A stretch of DNA of 64,000 bases from a bacterium. GTDB taxonomy: Bacteria > Zhuqueibacterota > Zhuqueibacteria > Residuimicrobiales > Krinioviventaceae. A program made the translations under genes and the position numbers. The notes beneath the pieces were generated by a model. That model was not told the DNA's origin, made no database searches, and was given only the letters and a program-made list of their open reading frames with translations. Below are positions 19,906-30,218 of this stretch, in pieces (position 1 is the stretch's first letter; each line of letters starts with the position of its first letter). The stretch spans positions 5,216,001-5,280,000 of the forward strand of contig OY843751.1 in assembly GCA_963693055.1 (NCBI GenBank). The letters run 5' to 3'.

Positions 19906-21081
19906 GTGACACAAAAAATACGGATTGGTGTTTTGTTTGGCGGCAGATCTGCTGAGCATCAAGTTTCGCTTGTATCAGCAGGTTCTGTCATGAAAGCACT
20001 TGATCCACAAAAATATGAAATTGTTCCGATTGGTATTTCTCCGGCTGGCGAGTGGCTGGCCGGAGAAAATGCCCTAAGATTATTAAAAGAAAATAAATCA
20101 GGCAACAAAGTCTATTTAACACCTGACCCTACGGTCCGTTCTCTGGTCACTACCGGAGAAAATGATCTGTTGGCATTGGGTCAGGAAAAAACTTTGGATG
20201 TTATTTTCCCGGTTCTGCATGGCACCTTTGGCGAAGATGGCACCTTGCAGGGCCTGCTAGAGCTTGCCAATATTCCCTATGTGGGAGCAGGTGTATTAGG
20301 CTCATCTCTTAGCATGGATAAAATCACACAAAAACTGGTGTGTGAACAGGCAGGCTTGCCCATTGCCGACTATGTCTGGTTCAGAGATGTAGACTGGAAC
20401 CACTCTCCATCAGATCCAAAAGTACCGGCATTGCAAAATCATATAGCCAATCTTGACCAGGAGAACATCCTGGATCGTGTTGAGCAAACGTTGGGCTTTC
20501 CTGTATTTGCAAAACCCCCCAATATGGGTTCAAGTGTAGGCATTTCCAAAGCTCATGACCGGAAAGAATTAAAAGACGCCATCAATCTTGCGTTACGTTA
20601 CGATACCAAAGTAGCCATTGAAAAAGCAGTACCCAATGCCAGAGAGATCGAAATCAGTGTACTGGGGAACGAATATCCTAAAGCATCGGTATGCGGTGAA
20701 ATCATACCTTCTAACGAATTTTATGATTACGATGCTAAATATGTAGACGGCAGCAGCGACCTGCTCATTCCTGCACCGTTGTCAGACTCTCTTTCGCAGG
20801 CAATACAAGACACTGCAATTAAAAGTGTTCTTGCTGTAGGCGTCGATGGCATGGCCAGGGTAGACTTTTTATTGCAAAAGAATACAGATACTTTTTTTCT
20901 GAACGAGATTAATACCATACCGGGATTTACACAGATCAGTATGTATCCCAAATTGTGGCAGGCCACCGGAATTGAATACGGGGAACTTTTAGACACGCTT
21001 GTACAACTTGCCATTGACAGACACAAAAAAAGAAGCGGCTTGAATACAGCCTATACACCCAAATCAGAATGGTATAAATAA
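19906..21081 (+). CDS. ddl: D-alanine--D-alanine ligase
   Basis: FGGRSAEHQVS, HGTFGEDG, GSSVG, FYDYDAKY, NEINTIPG. GTG start chosen after a GGAG RBS; the track starts at 19888. Confidence 0.95.
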   Translation: MTQKIRIGVLFGGRSAEHQVSLVSAGSVMKALDPQKYEIVPIGISPAGEWLAGENALRLLKENKSGNKVYLTPDPTVRSLVTTGENDLLALGQEKTLDVIFPVLHGTFGEDGTLQGLLELANIPYVGAGVLGSSLSMDKITQKLVCEQAGLPIADYVWFRDVDWNHSPSDPKVPALQNHIANLDQENILDRVEQTLGFPVFAKPPNMGSSVGISKAHDRKELKDAINLALRYDTKVAIEKAVPNAREIEISVLGNEYPKASVCGEIIPSNEFYDYDAKYVDGSSDLLIPAPLSDSLSQAIQDTAIKSVLAVGVDGMARVDFLLQKNTDTFFLNEINTIPGFTQISMYPKLWQATGIEYGELLDTLVQLAIDRHKKRSGLNTAYTPKSEWYK

Positions 21082-21105
21082 TTATACTCAAATCCGGATG
21101 CTGGC

Positions 21106-23277
21106 ATGACAGATAATTTTATTCAGCGTGTGGCCCGGGGGGTCATAATCGGAATTTTGGCCTCGGCATCTGTCTGGGCCATTACTTTATGGTTATGGCC
21201 CGGTGTATTTGATGCATTCGAATCACGCTCTCTCGATATCCGCTATCGGGCAAGGCTTGGTTCACTCTGGCAGGAACGAAACGGTGCTCCTATCGACGAC
21301 ATCATCATTATCGATATTGACAATCGCAGCCTGGATAAATTGGGCCAGTTTAACCAGTGGCCGCGGACCTACCACGCCCGTCTGGTTGATTATGCTACAC
21401 AAGGCGGCGCTCTGGCTGTAGGATTTGACCTTTTATTTCTCGAACCCCAGCGTGACGAATCAGAAGACCAGGAGCTTCTCAAGGCAACCATAAATAATTC
21501 CAACGTTCATCACGCATTGACTTTTTCATCCGCAGAGCCGGATGCATTCCTGTATCCCATGGACGCTCCACCCGAAGGATTTAACGCAGACCGATTCACC
21601 CTGCCCGCCAATCAATACAACTATGATTTTATTACCATGGACCGTTTTGACGGAAAAATGGTAGACTTGTATAATGCCGCTGCCGGTGTAGGCTATGCAA
21701 ATTTTTCCCCTGACAATGACAGTGTAATCCGCTATATGCCCATGTATATCAAATTTGCAGACCAGCTATATCCTTCATTTTCTTTATCAATAGTATTAGG
21801 GGCCCTGGGTGCCAGTACAAAAAATATAGAATTCACCTCCAAAGGCATGTTGATCCATCCACCCGGCGCTGAAGGGCAGACCGCATTACAAATCCCCCTG
21901 AGAGAAAAGACTAAAATGCTCATCAATTACCAGGGGACCTTTCAAACATTTCGATACATCTCGTATTACGATGCGTTGATGCAGCGTGTGCCCAAAGAGG
22001 TCTTTAACGGGCGTATTGTTTTGGTGGGTACCTCGGCAGCGGGACTATCAGACATTCGTCCTGTACCTTTTCAGGATGCCTTCCCGGGTGTTGAAATACA
22101 TGCAAACATAATCCACAATATACTGACCCAAAATTTCATCCGTCAACCCAACCTGTTTTTTTCTGTAATTAGTATTATTCTCATTGCGGCAATAATCTCG
22201 TTTTTCGGAATATATCTAAAACCACTAAAAAGTTCAGTCATTACCATTTCGGTACTGGGTATTTACGCTTATCTCTCGGTTGCCCTGTTCAGCCAATACG
22301 GCTATTGGATGGAAATGGTCAGACCCATGATGGCAATTCTGCTGGCATATCTGTTTGTGTTCATGTACCGTTTTATGCACGAAGAGCGAGATAAACAGAA
22401 ATTAAAAAACATGTTTAAACATTATGTAACCGCATCGGTAGTTGATGAAATGCTGCAAAATCCTGAATTGCTTAAACTGGGTGGAGACAGAAGATACGCA
22501 ACAGCACTTTTTACAGATATTGAAAGTTTTACCACTATTTCGGAAAACATGCAGCCTGAAAAAATGGTGTCTCATCTTAATGAATACCTTACCGCAATGA
22601 CCAATATAATATTGAAATATGAAGGCTATCTCGATAAATACGAGGGCGATGCCATAATGGCTATCTTTGGTGTGCCGGTTGAGCAGCCGGACCATACCAA
22701 ACGTGCCTGCCGGGCAGCTCTGGATATGCAGAATGAACTTGAAATATTACGTAAAAAATGGAAATTCGCCGGTAAACCCCAGTTTCATACGCGGGTGGGT
22801 ATCAATTCCGGTAGTATGATTGCAGGGAACATTGGAGGGACAGAACGGTTTGATTATACAGTAATTGGCGATTCTGTAAACCTGGCATCTCGACTTGAAG
22901 GAGTAAATCGCAGTTATGGAACATCTATCATCATCAGCGAGTATACCCGTAATGAACTGGATGAACCCTTTGTTGTACGTGAACTTGACCAGATTCGAGT
23001 AAAAGGCAAGCACAAACCGGTCCGCATTTATGAACTGTTAAAATATCAAGAAAACAGCCTTTCATCAGAGATACAGAAATTGTTAAAAGACTATGCAGAC
23101 GGACTGGAATACTATCGAGAAAAACAATGGCAGCAGGCCATAGCTCAATTTAACAAAGTATTGGCAATAAAAGAAAATGACATCCCGTCAACTTTATTTA
23201 TTGAACGGTGTCAATATTTTATGGAGCACCCAATTCCAGAAAACTGGGATGGCGTGTTTGATATGCAAACCAAATAA
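21106..23277 (+). CDS. CHASE2-domain class III adenylate cyclase with C-terminal TPR-like region
   Basis: CHASE2 motifs (IDIDNRSL..WPR, PGVEIHA), 3 TM helices, FTDIESFT, DKYEGDAIMA, DYTVIGDSVNLASRLEG. Confidence 0.92.
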   Translation: MTDNFIQRVARGVIIGILASASVWAITLWLWPGVFDAFESRSLDIRYRARLGSLWQERNGAPIDDIIIIDIDNRSLDKLGQFNQWPRTYHARLVDYATQGGALAVGFDLLFLEPQRDESEDQELLKATINNSNVHHALTFSSAEPDAFLYPMDAPPEGFNADRFTLPANQYNYDFITMDRFDGKMVDLYNAAAGVGYANFSPDNDSVIRYMPMYIKFADQLYPSFSLSIVLGALGASTKNIEFTSKGMLIHPPGAEGQTALQIPLREKTKMLINYQGTFQTFRYISYYDALMQRVPKEVFNGRIVLVGTSAAGLSDIRPVPFQDAFPGVEIHANIIHNILTQNFIRQPNLFFSVISIILIAAIISFFGIYLKPLKSSVITISVLGIYAYLSVALFSQYGYWMEMVRPMMAILLAYLFVFMYRFMHEERDKQKLKNMFKHYVTASVVDEMLQNPELLKLGGDRRYATALFTDIESFTTISENMQPEKMVSHLNEYLTAMTNIILKYEGYLDKYEGDAIMAIFGVPVEQPDHTKRACRAALDMQNELEILRKKWKFAGKPQFHTRVGINSGSMIAGNIGGTERFDYTVIGDSVNLASRLEGVNRSYGTSIIISEYTRNELDEPFVVRELDQIRVKGKHKPVRIYELLKYQENSLSSEIQKLLKDYADGLEYYREKQWQQAIAQFNKVLAIKENDIPSTLFIERCQYFMEHPIPENWDGVFDMQTK

Positions 23278-23285
23278 GGAACAAT

Positions 23286-24026
23286 ATGTCGAATATCATT
23301 TATGGTAGAAATCCGGTCATGGAATGGCTTTCTGCTGGAATGCCTGTAAAACAATTACTGATCAGTGCCGAACTCAAAGGCAGTACCATTCAAAACATTC
23401 TGGACATGGCAGCCAAGCAAAAAATCTCTGTCAAAAAAACCAGCAAATTCCAACTTGCACAAATAGCAGGTACAGAAAACCACCAGGGCATAGCCATAAA
23501 AACCGGGCCACCCCAATATGCAACACTGGATGCAATACTGGCTATTAGCGAAATACGAAACGAACCACCACTCATCGCAATTCTGGATGGAGTCCAGGAT
23601 CCTCATAATCTGGGTGCAATCATTCGTTCAGCCGATGGCGCGGGCATTCATGGCATTATTATCCCCAAAGACAATGCCGTTGATCTAACACCTACTGCTA
23701 TCAAATCTTCTGCAGGTGCTGCCGCACATGTGCCGGTTGCGCAGGTCACCAATCTCAACAGTGTCATCAAAGAGTTAAAAGATCGGGGTTTCTGGGTCTC
23801 GGGTGTAGACCAGGATGGAGACAAGGATTACGACAAGGCAGATTATAACGGACCAACCGTGCTGGTAATGGGCAGTGAAGGCAAAGGCATGCGCCGTCTT
23901 GTGAGAGAAAACTGCGATTTTATATTAAACATTCCTATGCATGGCAAAGTCAATTCTTTGAATGTCTCGGTTGCATCGGCGCTGGTCTTTTTTGAAGCCA
24001 GAAAGCATCGCTCACAATCCAAATAA
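23286..24026 (+). CDS. rlmB: 23S rRNA Gm2251 methyltransferase RlmB (TrmH family)
   Basis: IYGRNPV, HQG, DPHNLGAIIRSA, GSEGKG, SLNVSVA. Confidence 0.9.
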   Translation: MSNIIYGRNPVMEWLSAGMPVKQLLISAELKGSTIQNILDMAAKQKISVKKTSKFQLAQIAGTENHQGIAIKTGPPQYATLDAILAISEIRNEPPLIAILDGVQDPHNLGAIIRSADGAGIHGIIIPKDNAVDLTPTAIKSSAGAAAHVPVAQVTNLNSVIKELKDRGFWVSGVDQDGDKDYDKADYNGPTVLVMGSEGKGMRRLVRENCDFILNIPMHGKVNSLNVSVASALVFFEARKHRSQSK

Positions 24027-24041
24027 CAGCGGGGTTGAAAA

Positions 24042-27000
24042 TTGAAAAACAAACTGCAATCCAGAGATTTCCGGGTATTGTGGAGCTGCCTGGGAATAGC
24101 TATTCTGTCATTCATTGTCATTTTGAATCTTTTTTATAAAGCCTTTCCTGAAGCCTCTATCCGTTTTGAGGTTACTAAAAATCAATCCCAACAGATTGCA
24201 GAACATTTTCTCCAATCTCAAAGTATTGACATTTCCAATTACAAACATGCCGTGGTATTTGATTATGACAACCGGGCAAAAACTTTTCTTGAAAAAGAAC
24301 TGGAAGCTGAACAGGCAAACCAAATCATGGGCAGCCGTGTCAGATTGTGGAGATGGAGCAATCGCTGGTTCAAGCCCCTTGATCGTACAGAATTAAACGT
24401 CAACATCAGCCCACAGGGAGAATTGACCGGATTCGCTCACATCATCCCCGAAGAAGCTGTCGGGGACAGCTTGGTAGTTGCTGATGCCAGGACGCTGGCT
24501 GAGCATTTTCTCAAAACCCTAAACATCTATGCCGACACATTGGAATTTATTGAGCATAGCCAACAGGATATGCCCAATAGAAGTGACCATATCTTCGTAT
24601 GGAAATTACGCGATTTTGACATAAACGGTTCAGAATATCGTTACCTGATCAAAATACAAGGTGATCAAATTGGCTCATACAAGGAATTTCTCCATATTCC
24701 AGACAGTTGGACACGCGGTTACGAAAAACTACGCGCGAAAAACAATACGACCGGATATGTGGCTTCTTTTCTGCTCTTACTAACTCTTGCAGCCATGCTG
24801 GTGATGCTGATCAATCATACACGCAATCTGGATGTTAAATGGAAAACCGCCTTCTTTTTTGGCATAACAGCGGCAGTATTAACGCTATTATCTCAATTAA
24901 ACGACATCCCCTTAAGCACGTTTTACTTTGACACAACAGAATCATGGTCCAGCTTTTTTATGCGGCACATTCTGATGGATGTTATCATGGCACTCATGGC
25001 TGGTGCGGCTATATTTTTTCTAACCGCAGCAGCAGAGCCGCTCTACAGGGAGCGGTACCCGCAACAAACCTCCCTCACTCGCCTTTTCACATGGCAGAGC
25101 ATACGGTCAAAATCATTTTTCATCGCTACTATTGTTGGCATAACCATGACATTTGCTTTTGTCGCGTATCAGGTAATCTTTTATCTGGCAGCAGATAAAT
25201 TTGGCGGTTGGGCCCCACAAGATATCCCGTACAGCAATATGCTCAATACTGCATTTCCCTGGGTCTATGTATTGCTTTCCGGATTTATACCCGCGGTTTC
25301 GGAAGAATTCATTTCACGCATGTTTTCCATCCCTTTTTTCAATAAATTTGTAAAAAAGCAATGGATTGCCGTCATCATTCCTGCGTTTATCTGGGGATTT
25401 GCCCATGCCAATTATGCCCAGGAACCCTTTTACATCCGCGGACTCGAAGTGGGCATTGCCGGTGTGATCATTGGATTTGTCATGCTTCGTTTTGGTATTC
25501 TGGCAACTTTGGTGTGGCACTATTCGATCGATGCCTTATACACTGCACTGGTTTTACTGAGGTCTAACAATCCTTATCTGATATTCACAGCATCCCTAAG
25601 CTGTGGAATCCTGTTGATTCCCCTGTTTATATCATTAATTGCTTTTCTTAAAACAAGAACATTTCTGTCCGAATCAGATATTTCCAATAAAAATGAAGGC
25701 ACAAGCCACATTGAGCACACGGAAGAAAAAGAAATACCCGCAATTCGCTATTCTCCCCTCCCCCGTAAACGACTGTTTACGGGCATCGTGATTGCTTTAG
25801 CATTATGCTGTACCGGATTTATCAAGACAGAAAAAATTGATGTTAAATATCCTACCCGTCCCCAGCAGGCCAGGGCTGCTGCAGATGCATTTTTACAGCA
25901 ACACAATGTTTCTGTGGATTCTTTTAAAACCATCACCTATGCAACAGACCGGTTCAACTCGCTTGCAGCTAAATATGTACTGGAACATAGTGATTTTTCA
26001 CAATTAAATACGCTTTTTATGGATAGAATCAAAGCTCCACGATGGGCGATACGCTATTATATTCCATTGCAAAAAGCAGAGTACCGCGTGCATCTGGATC
26101 CTAAATCTTTAAAAGTACTGGCGTTCTCAAAACTTGTTGATGATGAAGCACCGGGTGCTGCGCTTCCTCCCGACAGCGCACTGTTTATCGCACAGAATTT
26201 TGCAATGCAACAGGGTTGTGATCTAGACAGGTATAAACTGGTACAAGATGCCTCGGAAAAGATGAAAAACCGCACCGATTATCGTTTTGAATGGGAGTCT
26301 CTTGACTCTGACAGCCTGACCATCCAGGACATGCATCTCCGCATTGCCGTTGACCTTCAGGGAGATATCGTATCGCGATTTACAATCTATCCCAAAATCC
26401 CCGAAGCCTGGCAGCGTCAGCGTGAAAAACAAACAGCTTTGAACACCCTGCACCTGGGTTTACGACTGACGCTTTTACTGGGCCTGGTTGTTTTAGGCAT
26501 ATTACGATTCATTCGTATTGCCAGCGTTGGCAGCCTGTCATGGAAACGGTCACTCGTATTTGCTGGAATTATTGCCATTTTATTTTTTACAGACGCATTA
26601 ACACAGTTTAATATGGCGTTTAAATATTACAATACCTCTATTTCTATACCCATGTTCCAAATTTCTACACTGCTAACCATTCTTCTTAGCACGTTGTTTA
26701 TTTTTGCCGGACTGGCAATGCTGTTTAGCATGAGCTCTGCAATATTTCCAGGTAGCCTTTATATTACCCGCCAAAGGGACCGAAATACAATGTTTTGGGA
26801 CGCAATCATAACATCTGTTATAGCTGTGACAGGTTTATGGGGCATAACGCAAATACAATCCCTATTATCTGCTCATTTCTCAAAATTTGTATTCATCAAC
26901 AGTCTGCCGGTACCATCATTTATTGATGCACCCTTGCCATTCTTTTCAAATCTTGTATATATTCTATATATGACATTGTTCATTACCGTTCTCACAGGAC

Positions 27001-27362
27001 TTTTGGTCTTTATTCTGCACGATGTATTTAAAAAGGCTCTTTGGATTGGACTCTTTTCAATTCCTTTGATACTTGCACTGATAACATTGCAGGTACGCAC
27101 TTTACCGGAATTGCTATTTCAGAGTGTACTTTTATCAATTATACTCTTGTGGCTGGTATATATTATTACCATGCTTGCCCGTAATAATTATTTAACATAT
27201 TTCTTTGCCCCTTTGTTGGTACTTGGAGCAAAAGAAACCAAAATACTGTTAAACCAGGGCAACCTTGTTCTAACCATACAAGGCATTATTATTGCTATTC
27301 TTATAGTGGCAATTTTTGCTTTATTCCGAATATTACCCGGCACACAAAACAAATCTGTTTGA
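24042..27362 (+). CDS. Large CPBP (Rce1/Abi)-family intramembrane metalloprotease with an internally duplicated extracytoplasmic + TM module
   Basis: AVSEEFISR, FIWGFAH and LVWHYSIDA CPBP motifs in the first half; many TM segments. Confidence 0.8.
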   Translation: MKNKLQSRDFRVLWSCLGIAILSFIVILNLFYKAFPEASIRFEVTKNQSQQIAEHFLQSQSIDISNYKHAVVFDYDNRAKTFLEKELEAEQANQIMGSRVRLWRWSNRWFKPLDRTELNVNISPQGELTGFAHIIPEEAVGDSLVVADARTLAEHFLKTLNIYADTLEFIEHSQQDMPNRSDHIFVWKLRDFDINGSEYRYLIKIQGDQIGSYKEFLHIPDSWTRGYEKLRAKNNTTGYVASFLLLLTLAAMLVMLINHTRNLDVKWKTAFFFGITAAVLTLLSQLNDIPLSTFYFDTTESWSSFFMRHILMDVIMALMAGAAIFFLTAAAEPLYRERYPQQTSLTRLFTWQSIRSKSFFIATIVGITMTFAFVAYQVIFYLAADKFGGWAPQDIPYSNMLNTAFPWVYVLLSGFIPAVSEEFISRMFSIPFFNKFVKKQWIAVIIPAFIWGFAHANYAQEPFYIRGLEVGIAGVIIGFVMLRFGILATLVWHYSIDALYTALVLLRSNNPYLIFTASLSCGILLIPLFISLIAFLKTRTFLSESDISNKNEGTSHIEHTEEKEIPAIRYSPLPRKRLFTGIVIALALCCTGFIKTEKIDVKYPTRPQQARAAADAFLQQHNVSVDSFKTITYATDRFNSLAAKYVLEHSDFSQLNTLFMDRIKAPRWAIRYYIPLQKAEYRVHLDPKSLKVLAFSKLVDDEAPGAALPPDSALFIAQNFAMQQGCDLDRYKLVQDASEKMKNRTDYRFEWESLDSDSLTIQDMHLRIAVDLQGDIVSRFTIYPKIPEAWQRQREKQTALNTLHLGLRLTLLLGLVVLGILRFIRIASVGSLSWKRSLVFAGIIAILFFTDALTQFNMAFKYYNTSISIPMFQISTLLTILLSTLFIFAGLAMLFSMSSAIFPGSLYITRQRDRNTMFWDAIITSVIAVTGLWGITQIQSLLSAHFSKFVFINSLPVPSFIDAPLPFFSNLVYILYMTLFITVLTGLLVFILHDVFKKALWIGLFSIPLILALITLQVRTLPELLFQSVLLSIILLWLVYIITMLARNNYLTYFFAPLLVLGAKETKILLNQGNLVLTIQGIIIAILIVAIFALFRILPGTQNKSV

Positions 27363-27419
27363 GGTGTCGTAAAAATTGATTAAACTGTGAACTGATTGAT
27401 TTACGCATTTGAGAAGAAC

Positions 27420-28628
27420 ATGATAGACCCAAAATCCTTTTATAGAGAAATGGACGCCCTGCTGGCTGCAATTCGCATTGACCAGACAGATGGCAATTTT
27501 TTAGAATTTATATTACTCGAACTTGAAAAACGTTTTGGTAAACGACTGGGTATTTGTAATGGCAGACTCTATGAGCAGCGTGGTGATGATTTTATTCTAA
27601 TCAAAACCATTGATCCCCAACAGGAGCATAAATTTGCATCACGCCTCCCCATTGCCGCCGAAGCCATGCGATTGGTTGCTTCAAGCCGAAGCTATATCTA
27701 TGACGATGCCCAATTTTATTCTTTTTTTCTGGCAATTGGTTCAACAGAAAAAGAAATTCCCGCCGCAGTATGGGTACACAGTCCTGAACAACATTGGATT
27801 ATTGTATTCAAACTCTGTGAAAACTGGATGCGCGAAGAGATCAGTTTATTTCTCAATGCGGTACGAATGGCCTGCAATTACCGGCTGTTTTCAGATTCAA
27901 TGTCAAACACTATTGAACAGGCCGTTAAAATTCAAAAGAGCCTGCTGCCTAAAAAACCACCGGAATACAAAGGATACGACATAGCGGGCCGCTCGAATCC
28001 TGCAGAATATGTAGGTGGAGACTTTTATGATTACTTTGAACTGGATGAAGGTATTTTTGGCGTAAGCTTTGGCGATGCCAGCGGTCATGGTTTACCCGCT
28101 GCTCTGCTTGTACGAGACGTTGTTATTGGCTTGAGAATGGGACTCGCTAAAGAACTTCGATTGGTTCATACCATTAGAAAACTGAATGAAGTGATACAGC
28201 GCAGTACGTATTCAACCAATTTCGTATCCCTGTTTGTAGGAGAAATTGAAACGGATGGTCATTTGTTTTATGCAAATGCAGGCCACCCGGCACCTTTTAT
28301 TGTTAAAGACAAAAAGATCAAGGAGTTGCCGGCAACCGGCATTACTTTGGGTTTTGTTAAAGACATCGAGCTCCATCGTTCATACGCGCAGCTTCCCGAA
28401 GACTCTGTACTTGTCATCTTTAGCGATGGTATTGTCGAGCGTGAAAATGACAAACATGAACAATTCGAACTCGGACGGTTAAAAAAACTTGTGCAGAAAA
28501 ACAAAAACCTGCCGGCCAGAGAACTTGTTGATCTTGTATTCGATACGGTTTATGAGTTTGGCAACCGGGTCGCATGGGAAGATGATGCAACTCTGGTTAT
28601 CATCAAACGTCTGCGTAACACCTATTGA
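27420..28628 (+). CDS. PP2C/SpoIIE (RsbU-like) Ser/Thr phosphatase with N-terminal GAF-like region
   Basis: IQKSLLP, VGGDFYD, GDASGHG, ANAGHP, FSDGIVE, EDDATLV. Confidence 0.9.
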   Translation: MIDPKSFYREMDALLAAIRIDQTDGNFLEFILLELEKRFGKRLGICNGRLYEQRGDDFILIKTIDPQQEHKFASRLPIAAEAMRLVASSRSYIYDDAQFYSFFLAIGSTEKEIPAAVWVHSPEQHWIIVFKLCENWMREEISLFLNAVRMACNYRLFSDSMSNTIEQAVKIQKSLLPKKPPEYKGYDIAGRSNPAEYVGGDFYDYFELDEGIFGVSFGDASGHGLPAALLVRDVVIGLRMGLAKELRLVHTIRKLNEVIQRSTYSTNFVSLFVGEIETDGHLFYANAGHPAPFIVKDKKIKELPATGITLGFVKDIELHRSYAQLPEDSVLVIFSDGIVERENDKHEQFELGRLKKLVQKNKNLPARELVDLVFDTVYEFGNRVAWEDDATLVIIKRLRNTY

Positions 28629-28630
28629 TA

Positions 28631-30100
28631 TTATTCCGCTTTTAAATGAATCAGCGTAATTTCAGGGGGACAAAATATCCGCGCCGGCACCAGTACGGTA
28701 CCAATTCCACGGGTAACATACAAAGTTGTATGCTCAAACTTGTGCAATCCCTTCATATAGCGCTTGTCCATGGTTGTATTGTTATATACAGGTCCAACAA
28801 AGGGCATCCGTATCTGGCCACCATGTGTATGACCGCTTAACATCAAATCCACATTGTATTTATCTGCCTCATAAACATATGATGGCGTGTGCGCCAAAAG
28901 CAATGACAAATATCGGTCAGGCAGGTCTTTGAAATAAAAAGGAATAACCTCTTCCGGATAACCAAAATCCAACCAGCCCGGCGGATCACTTTCCAGAGGA
29001 TACACTTCAAAATCCTCATATAACAAAGTATCTCCTGCCAGCGTTGTTACACACAGATCATCATATTGCCTATCTCCCATACCCGCGGTCCACAAGCCAA
29101 TACTACCCGCTTTTAAACGGCTATTTGATGAATCCCGCGCTACTGCCATCCACTGCTTGGGCTCGATTGAGCTTTCATACCACACTTTGGCCCGTGTCTC
29201 AGTAAATACATCAAATGTACGACATTGAATTTTAAAATTTACCCATCGGTTAAAACGCGGGCTGAATCCCGTATCCAAAGAGTCTCCTTTTACGCGTGTA
29301 CCATGCGGAGAAAACTGAAACGTGTTGCCTTCACCAGTCTGACGGAGCCGATAAAATTTATCATATCCTTTGTGCATTTGGGAATAAAAAGTAATCCCCA
29401 CGCCACTCTTTTTGTTTCGGGTCTGCCTGAATCTTCCGGTATAGATATAATCGTGCCATTTGCTCTCATCCTTCAAATCCGCAAAATGAGAATAGGCATT
29501 TTTACGGGACCAGTGAGATTCAAAGATCTTGTTCCCCTCCAATTCTTTAATCACAAGATCAGCAACATCACGGATATTGTACCCGGTATAATCCAAACCA
29601 GCTACAAACACAGTATCAGCGCCCAGTGGCATAAATCCGCCTGTACTTGTAAATACGTGCACACCTTTGCTTGACAGCGCTTCGGGTAACAGGTCACTGA
29701 TCTCAATATCATCACTAAAATCATCATTACCCCGGCTTACCCAAATACCATATTTACTCTTGAGTCCGGTTACAAATTTTAAAATATATTCTATATTTTT
29801 TCGTATATCCGCCCGTCGTCCCATCTCTAGCATATCTGAGCCAGGGAAAAAATCCCCGGTAATCACAATAACATCAGGATTCAATGCATTCACTTTTTTT
29901 AAAACTTTATTTTCATAATCCGTATAATGTAAAATATGAAGATCCGATATATGGACCATTTTAATATCATCACTAATTTTTGAACTCTTGAATGTTATCT
30001 TTTCAACCTTTACATTATGACGTTCAAACTCTACAGCATAAAGCACAAAAAGCATAACTGTAATAATTAAAACTATGAATACTTTGAATATTTTTTTCAT
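28631..30100 (-). CDS. Membrane-anchored metallophosphoesterase (YkuE/YaeI-like) with a large inserted beta-sandwich domain
   Basis: SDLH, TGDF, GNDD, LAHTP, SGHTHGGQ, YVTRGIG, PPEI; an insert of ~200 aa lies between GNDD and LAHTP. Confidence 0.82.
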   Translation of the reverse strand: MKKIFKVFIVLIITVMLFVLYAVEFERHNVKVEKITFKSSKISDDIKMVHISDLHILHYTDYENKVLKKVNALNPDVIVITGDFFPGSDMLEMGRRADIRKNIEYILKFVTGLKSKYGIWVSRGNDDFSDDIEISDLLPEALSSKGVHVFTSTGGFMPLGADTVFVAGLDYTGYNIRDVADLVIKELEGNKIFESHWSRKNAYSHFADLKDESKWHDYIYTGRFRQTRNKKSGVGITFYSQMHKGYDKFYRLRQTGEGNTFQFSPHGTRVKGDSLDTGFSPRFNRWVNFKIQCRTFDVFTETRAKVWYESSIEPKQWMAVARDSSNSRLKAGSIGLWTAGMGDRQYDDLCVTTLAGDTLLYEDFEVYPLESDPPGWLDFGYPEEVIPFYFKDLPDRYLSLLLAHTPSYVYEADKYNVDLMLSGHTHGGQIRMPFVGPVYNNTTMDKRYMKGLHKFEHTTLYVTRGIGTVLVPARIFCPPEITLIHLKAE

Positions 30101-30218
30101 CTAAACTCCTGTAGACAGTTTCTAAAACACCCGACGAGTTGAAAAACAATAACCGGAATTTTGACAATTTACATGGTGTTAATTGAACAAAACCTTAAAC
30201 CAATGCAAAGGTCGTAAT

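Noticed and set aside
19906-21081. D-Ala-D-Lac ligase (vancomycin-resistance type)
   Set aside because: The omega loop reads YDYDAKY, typical of D-Ala-D-Ala ligases, and no vanH/vanX neighbours are present.
24042-27362. CPBP ('Abi') protein as a phage-defence gene
   Set aside because: The family name is historical; the context is housekeeping/signalling with no defence-island markers.
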